This document shows positions 50,543-64,000 of a DNA stretch of 64,000 bases, one piece after another. The DNA is taken from the NCBI GenBank assembly GCA_973851085.1, contig OZ316775.1:434001-498000 (forward strand), given 5' to 3'. The DNA comes from Ptychomitrium polyphyllum (taxonomy: Eukaryota). Position numbers and translations under genes: made by a program. The notes under the pieces are model-generated. The model was not told the DNA's origin. It did no database searches and worked only from the letters and a program-made list of their open reading frames with translations. Positions within the stretch are counted from its first letter, which is position 1. The number at the start of each line of letters is the position of its first letter.

Positions 50543-51743
50543 AGAAGACTCTTAGAAAGGTTCCAACATCTTAGGAAACTTCTTGGGAAGGTTTCCTAGA
50601 CTTCCAGAACATTCTTAAGCCTTGTAGGAAGCTTCTTTAGAAGTATCCTAGGAGATACAAGTGTTATAGTATAAATAGGAGGCAAGACAAGGTATTCCTT
50701 AGTCTTGCCAACACAAGTTGTGGATCATCTTGAATCCTGCCTTATTGTAGTCTTTGTATCAAGTTCTTGTTAATCATTAGCTCTCTGGAAGCTAGTTCTT
50801 GGGAAACACTTCGTTTTTGCTTCTTGTTTCTTGTGTCCTTAACACTAGTCATCTTGTTAGAAATTGGAGGAGTCACTCCTAGAGGACCCAGAATCTTGTT
50901 TGGAAGATGTTTCGAAGGACTTAATCAAGATCAGATCTTGAGATGGGACATTTCAACAACAGAAGTCTTGGCTGGTGGCCATGGGCGCTTCTTGCAAGGA
51001 CCAGTTGAACCAGTGAACAAAGAACATCAAGTTGAGTATATTGTTTCAGTCTTTCGACAAATTTTGGAATTTGTAGAAATGTAATAAGCAAGCTAAGAAA
51101 AGAACTCCTCATGGGATTTGTTGCTAAATGGGGAAGTGATGTCACAGACATAGATTATTCAACATAATCCTTAGAACATTCTAAAACCTTCTAGTATACT
51201 ATAATAGCTTCTTATAATACTTTTAGATGTCTCCATAATCTTTCCATGTTTTTAGGAAGCTTCCTAGGAAAGTTCCTCCACCTTAAGAAATTTCCTATGA
51301 AGGTTCTATTATCTTAGGTAACTTCCTAGGAAGGTTCCATCATCTTAGGTAACTTCCTAGGAAGGTTCTACTGTTTTAGAAAACTTCCTAAGAAGGTTCC
51401 GCTATCTTAGGAAACTTCCAAGGAAGGTTCTAATTCCTTGGAAGACTCTTAGGAAGGTTCCAATATCTTAGGAAACTTCTTGAGAAGGTTCCCTAGACTT
51501 CCAGAACATTCTTAGGCCTTATAGGAAGCTTCTTTAGAAGTATTCTCTAGGAGATACAAGCGTTATAGTATAAATAAGAGGCAAGACAAGGTATTCCTTA
51601 GTCTTGCCAACACAAATTGTGGATCATCTTGAATCCTGCCTTGTTGTAGTCTTTGTATCAAGTTCTTGTTAATCATTAGCTTTTTGGAAGCTAATTCTTG
51701 GGAAACACTTCGTTTCTGCTTCTTATTTCTTGTATCTCTAATA
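50543..51743 (+). mobile_element. Family B derivative: 3' half LTR, ~295-bp 3' internal region with PPT, full LTR
   Basis: LTR half 50543-50844 ends TAACA and is joined directly to sequence homologous to 46619-46913; PPT; LTR 51140-51743. Confidence 0.88.
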
Positions 51744-53604
51744 TTGTCTTCCATTTTATGCTATCTAATGCAAATGTGAATTAGAAAATTCTACAAATGA
51801 TTGTATTTTGAAATATAAGTGCATGAATATCAAGGCAAATGTTCAAATGGATAATATATTTTTGAATATGACTTTTTGTGTTTATTTGTTGATACCACAT
51901 TCTAAACACTAAAATAAATTTAAATGGATACTACATTTTCTAGTTGACCATCAAACTATTGAAAGATCAAAATGTAGTTCCAAAGGATAAAATATCATCC
52001 ATCAATATTTCACCTATATATTGCCACAATGTTTAAAAAAAGCTTTTTAAACACTTACGAATATGATGTTTTTAAAGTGGATAATATTACTTTTGATTGC
52101 AACATGCAATTTAAGACTTTAAGATATAGTATGTAGAATTTGAAGTTTTTTAGAATTTTGGATGATAGAGGTGGCCAATAGGTTTTCAATATCTTACTTT
52201 GGATTTTCATTAAACATTTCTTCTAATTTTATTGGTGCCCATTGCAATCGTGGAGTTAGAATTCCATGCAAATGCTTAGAATTTTATGTCTAATATTTAA
52301 AAACCTTTAGTGGGTGCATGAAATGTCCTATTTTAGCTGTACATACAATCCTATCATTTTCTTTTGTTTTTTTTCTATTATATATTAGCCTTTTTAATAT
52401 AATTCCTCCAAAAGTGCTCAAATTTTGGATACTTTATGTTATTGCAATTTCTAAATCTTATTTTCTAGTTCCTTATTTATTAACCAAAATTCTTTATAAT
52501 TGTCATGTCTAGTATATTAAAAGGTGTTTTTATAAATTATATTAAATCATCTAATGTCAAATCATAAAGTAAGACAGACTATTATAATAATTATGCATTG
52601 ATTTAACATTCTATAAAGGCATGAAAAGAATTTCAATATACTATGCATATTGATAATTGTTGTAGACTAAATTGTTGAATTGTGTTTTTCCTTAGGAATT
52701 GTAGATACACCTATGAGTTGGATTTAGATTAGAAGACTTCTAATGGAGGTTGGAAAGAACATCATTTTCAATAAGCATTTACTACTATCTACTTTGTTGC
52801 TTCTTTTACTATCATATATTGGCCTATTTATCATATATATTTATATGAAAATCTTAAGCCTTGTCTTCTATTTTCATTTTTTTATATGATGATTTACTAC
52901 CTTTATATTTACAAAAGCAACTAATAATTCAATAGACCACATTCAATCACCTAGTACTAAAACATAATATAAAACAAGATTTTTACAATACTTATATCTT
53001 ACATCAATACTATAATAAAAAAACCCAATTTTCTTAATATAAGGTGCATTTTGATAGTTGTTGTATATTAAGTTACTGAATCTTAAAAATTGTGGATACA
53101 CCTATGATTGTCCCAAAAACACATACAAGTCATAATTAGTAGGATGCATGAGGTGCTCATAGTCCACAACACTTGCTTTTATTTTAAAAACTTTATTGCC
53201 TTTACTCAAAATTTTCAAACAAAACATTTAACATTAAACCATGCAACCTACTGCTTCTATGTCTTATGTAAATTGTTGTCGAGTTTACTAGAAGCCTTAA
53301 TCCTTAGTCATCCCTGTATATGCTTAATTACTGTCGACTCACAAGTTTGTGTAATACTGTGCCTAGGGTCCTGTAGTTATGTAGCCCATATTCAAGTGAC
53401 TATACAGTGATCAGGTGTTGCCTCAGCTCTTATACCGGTATTGATTCAAAGTTGTGGCCTAAATGCTATTTTTGCTCTGATTCTACATGGAAATGCTCTC
53501 AATCAAAATATACTTTGACCCTTGTGATTAACCACTTGCCCTTGTGTTCAAACACAAGCTTGCAGCATATCATCCCTATCATTTGGTCACTCTTGGTCTT
53601 TGAA

Positions 53605-55650
53605 AAAAATAATTGGATTAAAAAAGGTCAAGGTAAAACCATGATTTTTATTTGTCTTCGAAATGGAACTGAATCTTGTCTTAGCTTAGGTGAATAAGCC
53701 GATTCACTGTAGTATATTTTTGCTTGCCTGTAATCATTGAATAACAGTGCCAAGTCAATTGTTGCCATTCTACGTAATGAATCCAACAAGAATCAAATTC
53801 AGACCCATTTAATAGTAAGAACTTATCCAATCAACTAAGTTCATGATTTGGCGTTTGATCTTATCTCAACAATGATATTATTCTTAACTTGTTTCTTGTT
53901 AAACTTCAATGTTTTTCTTACTTTTTTTCTTTTATTTGAATTTTTTAGATTCTATTTTAAATTTATAAGGGTTGATTTTGTCTTCTTTGTTGTTTGAACT
54001 TAGAAATTTCAACCAAAAGAAAGAAAAAAAAAAAAAGCAAAAGAATAGGATTTAGGCTGCTTTTAGTTTAAAAATATGATTAGATATGGATTTGATAAAG
54101 AAGAATAGGAGCTGATATGAAATGATAAGGGGCAAATGTAACAGTTTGATCACCGCCTTCATCTTTTCTCTCGCCCTCTTCTACTTGAATAAAAAGACAA
54201 TTCTTCTTTAGATGATCTTCCATTATTCACTTCTTAGTTTGAATTAATTTTTGTTCATTTTTTTTTCTTCTCTTGTGAGCTTTTTAGAAAGCCATTACAC
54301 GTCCATTTTGAAATTAGTATGTAACAATGGCACTAGTTTGAATAAAGTTTAATCAGCTGCCTTGAGTTTCTGAGAGCAGCTACTTTAAATGTTCGTAATT
54401 TTTTGTACAAATAATTTTTTTATTATGAAAACTAAGGAACAATATTTTGATTACTTTAAAATGATAGTATAGAAATTTTGAGAATAATCAAATCTTACAA
54501 AAGAAAATATAAAAGAAAATGTAATCGGATTTTGAAAGTGATACTTAGCTCAATTTGAAGTTTCTCATTTTAAGTCATTAGAAATGATTGGAGTAGCTTT
54601 TAAGGTTTATTAAATATTTATGTGAAGTAATTATTATAAGACAAATAGTATGTGGATAAAGTTTGAAATCTAGATTTATTGTAGACAAGAAGTTATAAAA
54701 GTCTTTTGGACATAGATTATGCAACATAGTCTTTTGAATTTTCTAGAACCTTCTGGTATATTATAATAGCTTCTTAGAATACTTTCAATGTTTCCATAGC
54801 CGTTTCCACATCCTTGAGAAGTTTTGTAAGAAAGTTCCACTACCTTAGAAAACTTCCTCAAAAGGTTCCATCATTTAAGAAAACTTTGTAGGAAAATTCT
54901 ACCTCTTTATAAAACTTCCTAAAAAAGTTCTACCACTTTAGGAAATTTCCAAGGAAGGTTCCAACATCTTGAAAAAATTCCATAGAAGGTTCCATAAACT
55001 TCTAAACATTCTTAAGACTTGTAGGAAGTTCTTTTAGAAGCATTCTAGGATATACAAACTTTATAATATAAATAAAAGGCAAGACAAGGTATGTCTTAGT
55101 CTTACCAAGACAAGTTGTGGATCATATTGTATCCTCCTTTGCTTTAGTCTTTGTATTAGTTCTTGTTAATCATTAGCTTTTTGCAAGCTAATTCTTGGGA
55201 AACACTTTGTTTTTGTTTTTGGTTTCTTGTATATCCAACAAGAATTATGAAGTAAGGAGGGATCTAAGAATTGTGACAAAAAGAGTGAAAGTTTTGAAGA
55301 CATAGTTCTTAACAACCATTTGGATTATATATAAGAGATCTTGAGGGTTGCACTTTGAAAGTCTTGTGTTTACATTGTTAAAATCTTAAAAGCATAAGAT
55401 CTTTGAATTTGAAGATATAGGAGTATATATAATTTGGATCTAAAAGAAAGAAAAAATAGAATTATTAGGTTATTTTTAAAATGGGAGAAAGAAGAATTGG
55501 AAAGTTCAAATCAAAGATGTAAAAATAAGCAATCAATAATTGGAAGTTGTAATTTCTATTATAATAAAAAAGTTATGAAAAAAAATTGTACTTGATTAAC
55601 TTAGATACAAATAGATCTAGCGTTTCTTATAGCAATCATTCTTACCATTA
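53605..55650. mobile_element. Second, diverged copy of family C insertion, interrupted by a B solo LTR
   Basis: Colinear similarity to ~15515-17025 (gaactg.atcttgtcttagct; gcagctactt.aaatg; cgtttcttatagc); boundaries approximate. Confidence 0.8.
54702..55240 (+). repeat. Decayed family B solo LTR nested in family C copy
   Basis: ggacatagattatgcaacatag start region, U3 repeats, TATA followed by ggcaagacaagg, ends CCAACA; 5' boundary approximate. Confidence 0.8.
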
Positions 55651-58600
55651 TACCATTCATATATTCTTTATTCATCAAAGAGCATAATAAAAGCCCTATA
55701 CCTTTATATAAAAATACAAGATATAAATTATAGAAGGATAATTCTTGTTAATATGAGGATAATTTACACTTCATACTAACTTATAGAATGCATCAATTTA
55801 CTAATATTATAAAGTGAGATTTGCTCTAATGGTGATAATTATTTGTAAGATATTTAAAGATATCTTAAAGGCTACTAAATCTAAATGACAATGATACTAC
55901 AAAGGTTTAATCTAATTTAAAAGTAAAGTTTAGTAATGAAGCATTTAGTTTTTAAGTAATTAGACTGAGTAATATAATTAACTAACACTGCTATAAAATC
56001 ATGCACTGCTATAAAATCATGATTATTATGTGCTACCTTCAAGGTGATCCACCCAAACTACTAAAAGAAGCATGTCGTGATCAAACATTCAAAACACTAA
56101 ATTTAATATAGTTTGCATTTTAAATTAAAGAAAACTTGATCTTAATTAATTTTTATTATTTATTTTGGTATAAATGCACATTTTTGGAGTTAATTGTTTT
56201 CTTATAGAAAAATAAGAACACATATTTGGCATTGAATTCATTAAACTTTGATACGTATAGAAGATAAAGAATTAGAGAAAGATGAATGCAAGGCATATGT
56301 GGTAGTCCGCACACATGAAAAATAATAAACTGTTCAGTAAAATTTAACACTAAATCTTGACTTCAACAATTCAATTACTTTTCTTATTAAAGCTACGGAA
56401 ATTTCTTTAGCAATCATTTGTTCGTTGTGTGGTAATATTTAATTGGCTCCAATAAATTTTTATTTGTGAGCTGCTTCTTTTTATTGAGAATATTTGGAAG
56501 CGAAGAAAGTGTTCCCAACACCATTTGAATGCACCAACTTAGTTCTCCAATAGTGGATGTCAAACCTTGCTTGTAGGATAATTAAAGTTTACTAAAATAG
56601 TACTTGGTTTTGAGAAAGCAACCAGAAAAGTGAAATTATTTCATTATTCCAATTGAGATAAATTAGTGACTAACTAAACAAAATGATTATTAGGGCAATT
56701 ATTTTTGTGATTTGCTTATGCACTGAATTCTTTATGGAGCTTCATTCTATTATTAGTGAAATAGAAAGAATAAGTAAGTCAAAATTTCATGATTTTTAAA
56801 GCACATCTTACAATTAATTATGTAATGGAAACTTTGGAAAGATATTAAAAGTGATATGATTCAAAATAATCATAATATGTGAATGAGATGTCCATGTGGT
56901 GAAAAAAAAAGTTAAAAGGTGAATTTGGGATGAATTATTAAAACCATAGATTACAATTGGAAATCAAATAGCTTTAGATTTGGAGTTAAAAATTTGGGCC
57001 AATTTTGACATGCAAGTGCATTTTTGATACTATCAATTCTTTATAATGATTTTTTTGGCATCAATGAATTTTTAAGATGATGACAAAATTTTTGTTTCAA
57101 AAGATATTTATAATAGCAAATCCAATAAAAGAATTTAAATTATAAAATCTTATTAGCCAAATTTTAAAAATTTAATCAAAAAATGATGGTCTTTCAATCT
57201 ACATGGCTTCATGGTTTTGATCCACATGATCCACATTATATTTATAATAATTATACTATAAATTTATATGGATGATAATTCTATATTAAATAAGATCATA
57301 ACTAAATCTTGGCAATTTCATGAATTCTATACTATTAAATTTGTAAAGAAACACTCTAATTCTTACGGATCTATGGCTTTAAATTTTAATCATCTTTGTT
57401 ATTAATTAAATGTTAGAGATGTCAAATTTTTGAAACCATCAATCCATTAGAAATTTGGGTGTTTTTTAAGAATCAATTGTCTATAACATTGAAAAGTCTA
57501 GATTTGATAAAAATTATGTTTTTAACTTCTATTATATTTTAATTATTTAAAACATAGCAATAAATTAAAAAATCTAAAAGAACAAGCACTTTAAAGCTTA
57601 AGACATTAAAGTTTTTAATTTATTAAGAAGAATTTTATGTAACAAATGGTCAAAATGTTGATATTATTGAAATTTAATAATACTAATAAATAAAATTTAA
57701 CATGTCATTGTTATGTTCATTTCATTCAAATTTTAATATAATATGTATGCCTAATAGATGTTCAACTTAGTTTCTTTATGATGCATTCATATACAATTTT
57801 TTTTTGCGATATCTATTTTTTTTTTAAAAACATCACAAAAAAGACACACATTAATAAAAAAAATAGTGTTAATTATACATTAAGGTCTTAATATAAGAGT
57901 AATTCAATAAACCATAAGCATAAGGCCATTTTAGTTTTAAAAATAAATCTATTTAACTTTAGATTTGAAATGCTCGTCAATTCATTTATTTATTATTCTT
58001 ATTTTTGAACACTTTAGTTTTGAATTCATTTAGATGGTATTGGATATAGTATCATAAATACAAAAAAAAAGAATATAAAAGAATAGAAATATAATGACTT
58101 TTGTAAGACTATGACAATATTGAGGTATTTTGCTTTGAGAAATTCTTATAAGTAGAGCTCAAGTTGAATTGACCTGATTCAAACCAAATTCAAAAATGGG
58201 CTTGATTCTTTTTTATTGCAAGGCATGTTTAACTTTTCAGAAAAGGGAATCAAGTTGTTTGGGCAGTCCATAGCTAGCACTGGACAACCATAAAATGGGC
58301 ATTGTGTCCCTGAGGTAAGGATGCATTACTTTGTGTACGTGGTGGGATGCGTGAAGAGGATGGAATAAACTGCATGACATTTTTTTAGAGCTATGCACTG
58401 GTCGTCAGAAAAACCTAAGTATGGTGGAACTTGGGTAAATATGTAAAAAGTCATAAAGTATGTGCCGGGTAAGTGTCGAAGGTGTGGGGAAGCAGAGGAA
58501 GTCGAGGGTGGGGTGCAGGTGCCATGGCCTCCGGGATGATGTCGGACCGCATCCATCACCGCTTTGATTTGGCCTCGCCCTCGCCCTCGCCCTCGCTGGC

Positions 58601-58686
58601 TCGGTGGTAATGGCACCCCCCTCCTGGTTTCGGAACCTCTTCGCAGATTCTGGGCAGCTTTGGTTTGAGTGTGAGGTCTGCTGGTG

Positions 58687-60374
58687 ATGGCGTTGTGCTG
58701 TGTGTCTGTTTGCCATGGTTCCTTTGCGATCACGCCGTTCCTGAGCTTGACACCGGAGAAACGAGTTGGGTGTGGTGCTGCTCCGAGGCTGCCAATTGCA
58801 GTGACCAGCTCGTTGCCTGGGGAATCTCCTGGTGCGTAGTTTTTCGTGAACAGGTTTTGGTCAGAATTTGATACTCTCTTGATTATGGACTCGTGGGCTA
58901 TCTATCTGTAGTTTCGTTTCCTGAGGCAAGGCAAACCCTAAATCTCTGTGGTGTGTCCCGTTTCAGTTGCAACAAATACCCTGGATGATTTGCATGAACA
59001 ATTTATTTATTTATTTTTTTTCAAAAGTAAAAAGTCTAGTGCTGGAGAATGTCCAGATTTTGTTGGACTTAAAAATTGTAAGAGTGCTTACGTTGAAGCT
59101 TCAGGATATTCCTCACACGATGTGAAAATATGCAGCAGGATCCTCACGGCGCACGAGATTCAAAGAGCCCCAACGTTTACTGCAAACGGAGAGTTGCAGG
59201 AGTACATACTCCAGAGGTCTGGAATCATCGACACCCCAATCTGACTCGCCTAGTACGTCAGGGCGAGAGGACTTGGGTTCCGGAGATGCAGAGGCAGAGT
59301 ACAGCATTCAACTGACCACAAGTAATGAAGATCGGGCAGGTTTGTCTATTCCAAATGCAAGCGTAATGCTATCACTCATTGGTGAAGGGGGTGATGCGTT
59401 GGTTCAAAGGATTCTCCCGGTTCAGGAGGATAAAAACTCTGGATCTCTACGGTTTCAAAGAGGAGCTGTTGACGTGGTCCTTTTTCGTGGTCCAATTGTT
59501 GGCCGCATCTCCGCCCTCTGGATTGCTCCAGAAGCTGGTTCGTGATTCTATGTGCACATTGTTAGACTATAGTTTTTATTCGTTTCCATCTACGTGTAGG
59601 TTTTTTCACTTCTGCACATCCTTGTTGCGCTGTTTGCACAATATCTTACCTCTTTAGTGTGTTGATGTTGCAGGAACATGGCAGCTGGAGCAAGTGTCGG
59701 TGACCATGATGCCTTGTGAGGATCATGAAGAATCAGACTCAGCTCCAATGAAAGGACTATGTCATGTGTTCAATGCAAGAGGCATCCGTTTGGGTGATGG
59801 CGAGGATACTTCGGCAGCCGAATTGAAACCATCTCAAGTGTTCGAGTGCGGCGGTCCAGATGATTCAGCAGTTCTTGCAGTCAAAATCCCCAACAAGTCA
59901 CCAAAGACTCCAGAAGACTCTGCAAGGCTGCGTGAAGCGAGTATGCGAGAATATGAATCTTTGAAGCTTTTCCTGCTTGGTTCAACTGCTGGCATGGTTG
60001 GGATCGGTACACTGGGACTCTACCTGTTCGGTGCGCCGGATATTTCACAACGATTCGCTGTAGGTGGTGCTGGGGGGCTTGTGTATCTTTTCTTGATACA
60101 ACGAGCGGTTGACCAGATACCTGGTCCAGACCAGCCACAAAACCTTCAGAAGAATGGAAGTGTATTTTCAAACTTGAAAGTTAAGACCCCAGCTGCAAGT
60201 TTTGCACTCATCGTGGGGGTTGCGCTCTTGGTGACGAGAGCTGCCCAGGCCTCTACCGTCATCAGCCTTCCTCCTCAGGAGCTTCTCGCCGGGGCGCTTG
60301 GGTTTTTCACTTCTAAGATTGCTGTGTTTCTGGCTGCCTTTAGGTCTATCGAAGGTGAAAATGATCCCAGCTGA
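58687..60374 (+). CDS. Probable plastid PLAT/LH2-domain protein with C-terminal transmembrane region, ~415 aa
   Basis: Exons 58687-58831, 59136 (or 59139, NAGNAG)-59537, 59674-60374 in frame. Transit-peptide-like start, PLAT-like YSIQLTTS...VMLSLIG...FQRGAVDVV...ALWIAPEAGTWQLEQVSV, then about four hydrophobic segments. Confidence 0.8.
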
Positions 60375-60824
60375 AACTTTTGGGGTTATTCAAGGTGTAC
60401 AGAGAGCTCAGGTTTGTGTGTAGATAATTGATTTGGGGTGGTAGTACATTAGGTTGACTACCATCTGGCTGTCATCTTATGTGAAGATCATTTTTTTGAC
60501 ACGTGTATTATACAGTGATGTGTTTCATTGAATCTTGAAGAGCCATAGCTACAATTCAATGCATGATTGTCAAAACTTTAAAATGATATTTGATTGTATT
60601 ATATTTGTGAAATGTGAACTTAATGAATCACGACTTTGGAATGGACATATAATACGACTGCACTGTAATGTTCGGTTTAATGATATTTGAACTAATGGAT
60701 GTTAGGAAGGTGATTGGAGTAGACATGTGTGGATTTGGTACCCAGCACTGCACCGACCTCTAAGGGTAGCAAATAAAACCACTTTGAGTATCAAAAAGGT
60801 GTCAAAGACCTGTTCATTCAATTT

Positions 60825-62518
60825 TTATTCATTGAACACCCAAGGGGTCATGTAGCCACCGTCGTCCATGAGTCCAAGATTTCTAAGCCTACGCTCAGCA
60901 TAATATTCCAATGTATCTAATTCCTCCACGCGAGCCTCAAACCACGTTTGCAATTCCTGCATCACTCTCTTCTCCCCCAATCTCACTACAACAGCTATTT
61001 CCTTTCTTACACTCAAACCCCCTTGTCCTAAAATTTCCATGTCCTCCTCTATGGTGGTGCTGTACCCATCCAGTGCCGCTTTCAAGCCCTCCAACATGGA
61101 CGTGCATATCGCTTCCTCGTTGTCACGGCTCACAGGTAACGAGACGTGGCTCCATGCTTCATTCCGGAACAGCGCTTCTAAAAGGAACGAGTCCGGACCA
61201 GACAGGGCTGAGAGGCGCAAAAACGTGATCATCTCGTCCGAGGGACCTTGTCCTCGAGATAAATCAAATTGCATGCTGCTTTGGAACCCATTGATTTCTA
61301 GTATGTCAGCCTTGTCGTCTATAAACCTGTCCTCCGGAGATATTTCAAGACTGAGCGCCAAGGAATCTCGTTCAATTCCTCCGAATTGGGACTCTACATA
61401 TCGCTCAACAAAGCCATAATCCAATGCTAGATCCGCGTTACTCTTGCCTGATCCATATTGCATGAGCACCTGCTCTCCGGGTTGGAAATTTGCTGAAGCT
61501 CGCACAGTAAGCACATTACTGCTGGGTTGTCCTATATTCCAGATTTGCCCACTCGACTTCTTCAGCCAGGTTGGATTTTTATCGTCAAGACCTGTTCCAT
61601 GATTCATCAGATCAGCAACTGGTACTAAGGCAAGCTCATCGCCAGTGAGAGGAGCAAATGATCGAGAGCGAAGGATCCCAAAAGCCCAACGAAAAGCATC
61701 AAAGGTGAAAACCGCAGGATCAAAAAGCTGAGTGTTTCGTTCCAGAACCTCCTCAACCAGTTTGTTGTATTCATTCCCCAGAAACTCAAGATAACCCACA
61801 ACTGATCCGAGCAATTGAGTTCCTTGCAACTCGGCTAACTCCTCGTCGGACCAGAAAAGCGGTGAGTCCAAGGTCTTGGGAAGACTGTCCAGATAGGGTC
61901 GCCATTTAGAATTGGAATTTGAGGATTCATGGATAAGAAAGAACGCAACCGCTACCCAAGATTTTAAACCCTGAGTGACCGGACCTAGGCTTGACTTCTG
62001 CACTTTTGCAAGGTTAATCCACACTGCCTCTGGAACGTTCACGATTTCATCTCCTTGACCCACTAGCCGCTGTGCAAGTAAACCTAAACCCTCTGCCACC
62101 TCCGAAGGCCTGACTGCCTCACCCTGAACACCTTGGGCTTGCGCCCAGCTCCATAGCGTTTGCACATGAATCTCCGTCCCCACACTGCAGTGCACTCGAC
62201 TATTTGCCGGTGATAGAACAACCTTCGGAAACGATTTCTTCAGCTGCAACCTTCCTCTTGCCGAACTCTGTACCACAGAATGCTAAATACATTGAATAAT
62301 CTACCAATTCTACAAATGAATGGAAGCCAGCACATTGATGTCCATGCTCAGAACTCGCTTTGAAACAAAAGCTCACAGGTGAGAAATTCACAATTCCGTT
62401 CTCAAGTTACCGTTTCTTCCTGTAAAGTTGGATGAAAGTTGATGGGAGAGCGTACCGGCACAAAGAACGCAGCAGCACAGTGTAACCCTGGTGCTGAGAG
62501 CGCCATCGCCATGGTCAT
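60825..62518 (-). CDS. LSMT: Rubisco LSMT / fructose-bisphosphate aldolase lysine N-methyltransferase (SET domain), chloroplastic, ~501 aa
   Basis: Exons 62518-62456 and 62267-60825. GLGLLAQR, LVPVADLMNH, GEQVLMQYG...SNADLALDYGF SET motifs; Rubisco-binding domain ending LEYYAERRLRNLGL. Confidence 0.93.
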
Positions 62519-64000
62519 AGCTGTGCAGAATCTTAATGCAAAAAATGCTCTGTTGCAGAATCCTCATTCATGAATGCAATACAAGGATGCCAACTGCAGT
62601 TACGTTGTCCAAAAGAATAAGGCCCCGGTTAGGTTCCAATCCCACACGGTTACAATATAACCCGCATAAATAATAACCCCCGATTCAACCACGCATTCCA
62701 AACAAAGGCCTTACCCACATCACTCGACACTCCCCACTAGTTTCCTTTCAAAGTCCACAAAACCAAAACCCTAATCAGCTCCTGTGACGAAAAACCGAGG
62801 CTCTGCTAAACCCTGATTCCTCACAACACACTGAACCTCACCTCCTCCACAACTTCCCGACATCGCCAGTTCAGACGACACAGAAATACTTATCACTGAT
62901 GCCCTCCACCAAATTGCGTCACAGACACACAGACCTGAGCTTCAGAGCTGCAATCCAAATTTTCAGAAACTTGAACAGCGACGATGAGTTATACCTGAAA
63001 GAGCCGACATGAGAGACTCGACTTCAATGCCGAGGTGCAGATTCTCCAGAGCTCCAAAGCTCTCCCTTCTGAGCTCAGGCCTGGCTTGGAGATGATGCGG
63101 ACGAGGAACCATGCGGAGAACCAAGGGACCACCCTCAGACCTAATCTAGAATAACGTGAAGCTTCTCTAGATATAGAAACATCTACAGAAAAAAAGCAGC
63201 AACTAGATGTGACGAAGTTCAACTTTTTGAGGGCGATGTCCGCTGTAAATTGATCTATCCTTGCTAAAGTGGAAGCTTTCAAGGTTCTGCGTTCATTAGA
63301 GAAATTCTCAGTCCTGAGTTGGCGACAAGCTGAAGCTTGATGTAACTTAGGTTGGATATCCACATCTCTTGGCTTAAGAAGCTGCGATACTAGACCGGGT
63401 ATCACATCCAATTGGCCGGTTTTACTTTGTGACGGCGCAGATTCAATTCGCTCTATACAGCCAAGGAATTGCCGCCAAGATTGTTGGAAAACCCTCGTCA
63501 TTTCTTTCCTACGGCTCTCGTCTGTTGTTTCCTAAGTCTTTCTTTGGAAGAAAGATCGTTTACATTTGAGAATCTCCAGAGGTTTTGTTCGTCTTGATTG
63601 CATTTTGTGGAGATTTTCTTATCTGGTGGTACTGAGTTTCATTTGCTTGCCAGTTTGTCAAGCATCACTGAGGCTTTTATTCATGAGCCTTAGTCGCGAT
63701 GCAATGCAAGGGCTGAGTGTGGGTTCGCTGCGTTGGGTCTCTGGACGCGCTTTGAATGAGCATGTGAGATGCAAAGTTAGTGATATGTTGTCACGGCAGT
63801 CAAAGAGGCGGTCATCATCGTGTGTGAGCGTGTGCTTGAAGCTGGTAGTGCTACAGCAGGTTGGTAAGATCGTTGGTGGTGTCTGACAAAAGTTTTGCAA
63901 TTAGAGTCGATTTGTCTGTTTTCTGTGGGATCTTGATTTTCAACCTCTGTGTCACGTAGGAGAGAAGCTTGTCTGCTTAGCCGTGTTTCTCCATATGGCG

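Noticed and set aside
62989..63501. 170-aa minus-strand ORF upstream of LSMT
   Set aside because: No recognisable domain; ends at a splice-donor-like site and probably belongs to the LSMT 5' UTR or promoter.

Overview
Eukaryotic land-plant DNA, most consistent with a moss or other bryophyte: very AT-rich intergenic DNA, spliced plant genes, and Tcn1-like chromodomain Ty3/gypsy elements. Left third: a decayed gypsy element (family A, 1059-18113) carrying four nested insertions, including a full-length but dead family-B element (4325-10892). About 9.5 kb of this nest (1298-10842) is duplicated in inverted orientation at 41029-50542, inside another B-family LTR. Between the two copies lie a TH1-domain-only (headless myosin-I tail) gene, a 100-N gap, a partial secretory phospholipase A2, a CYP71-clan P450 and an intron-containing, fungal-type nicotianamine synthase, a probable fungus-to-plant horizontal transfer. 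The right end holds a plastid PLAT/LH2-domain membrane protein gene convergent with Rubisco LSMT. The most novel-looking signals are the NAS and an unannotated third ORF between the chromo-integrase and the PPT that is conserved at protein level in both gypsy families. Both families also show covarying signals for tRNA-independent self-priming and -1 frameshifting. All alignments and gene models were made by eye; no searches were run.
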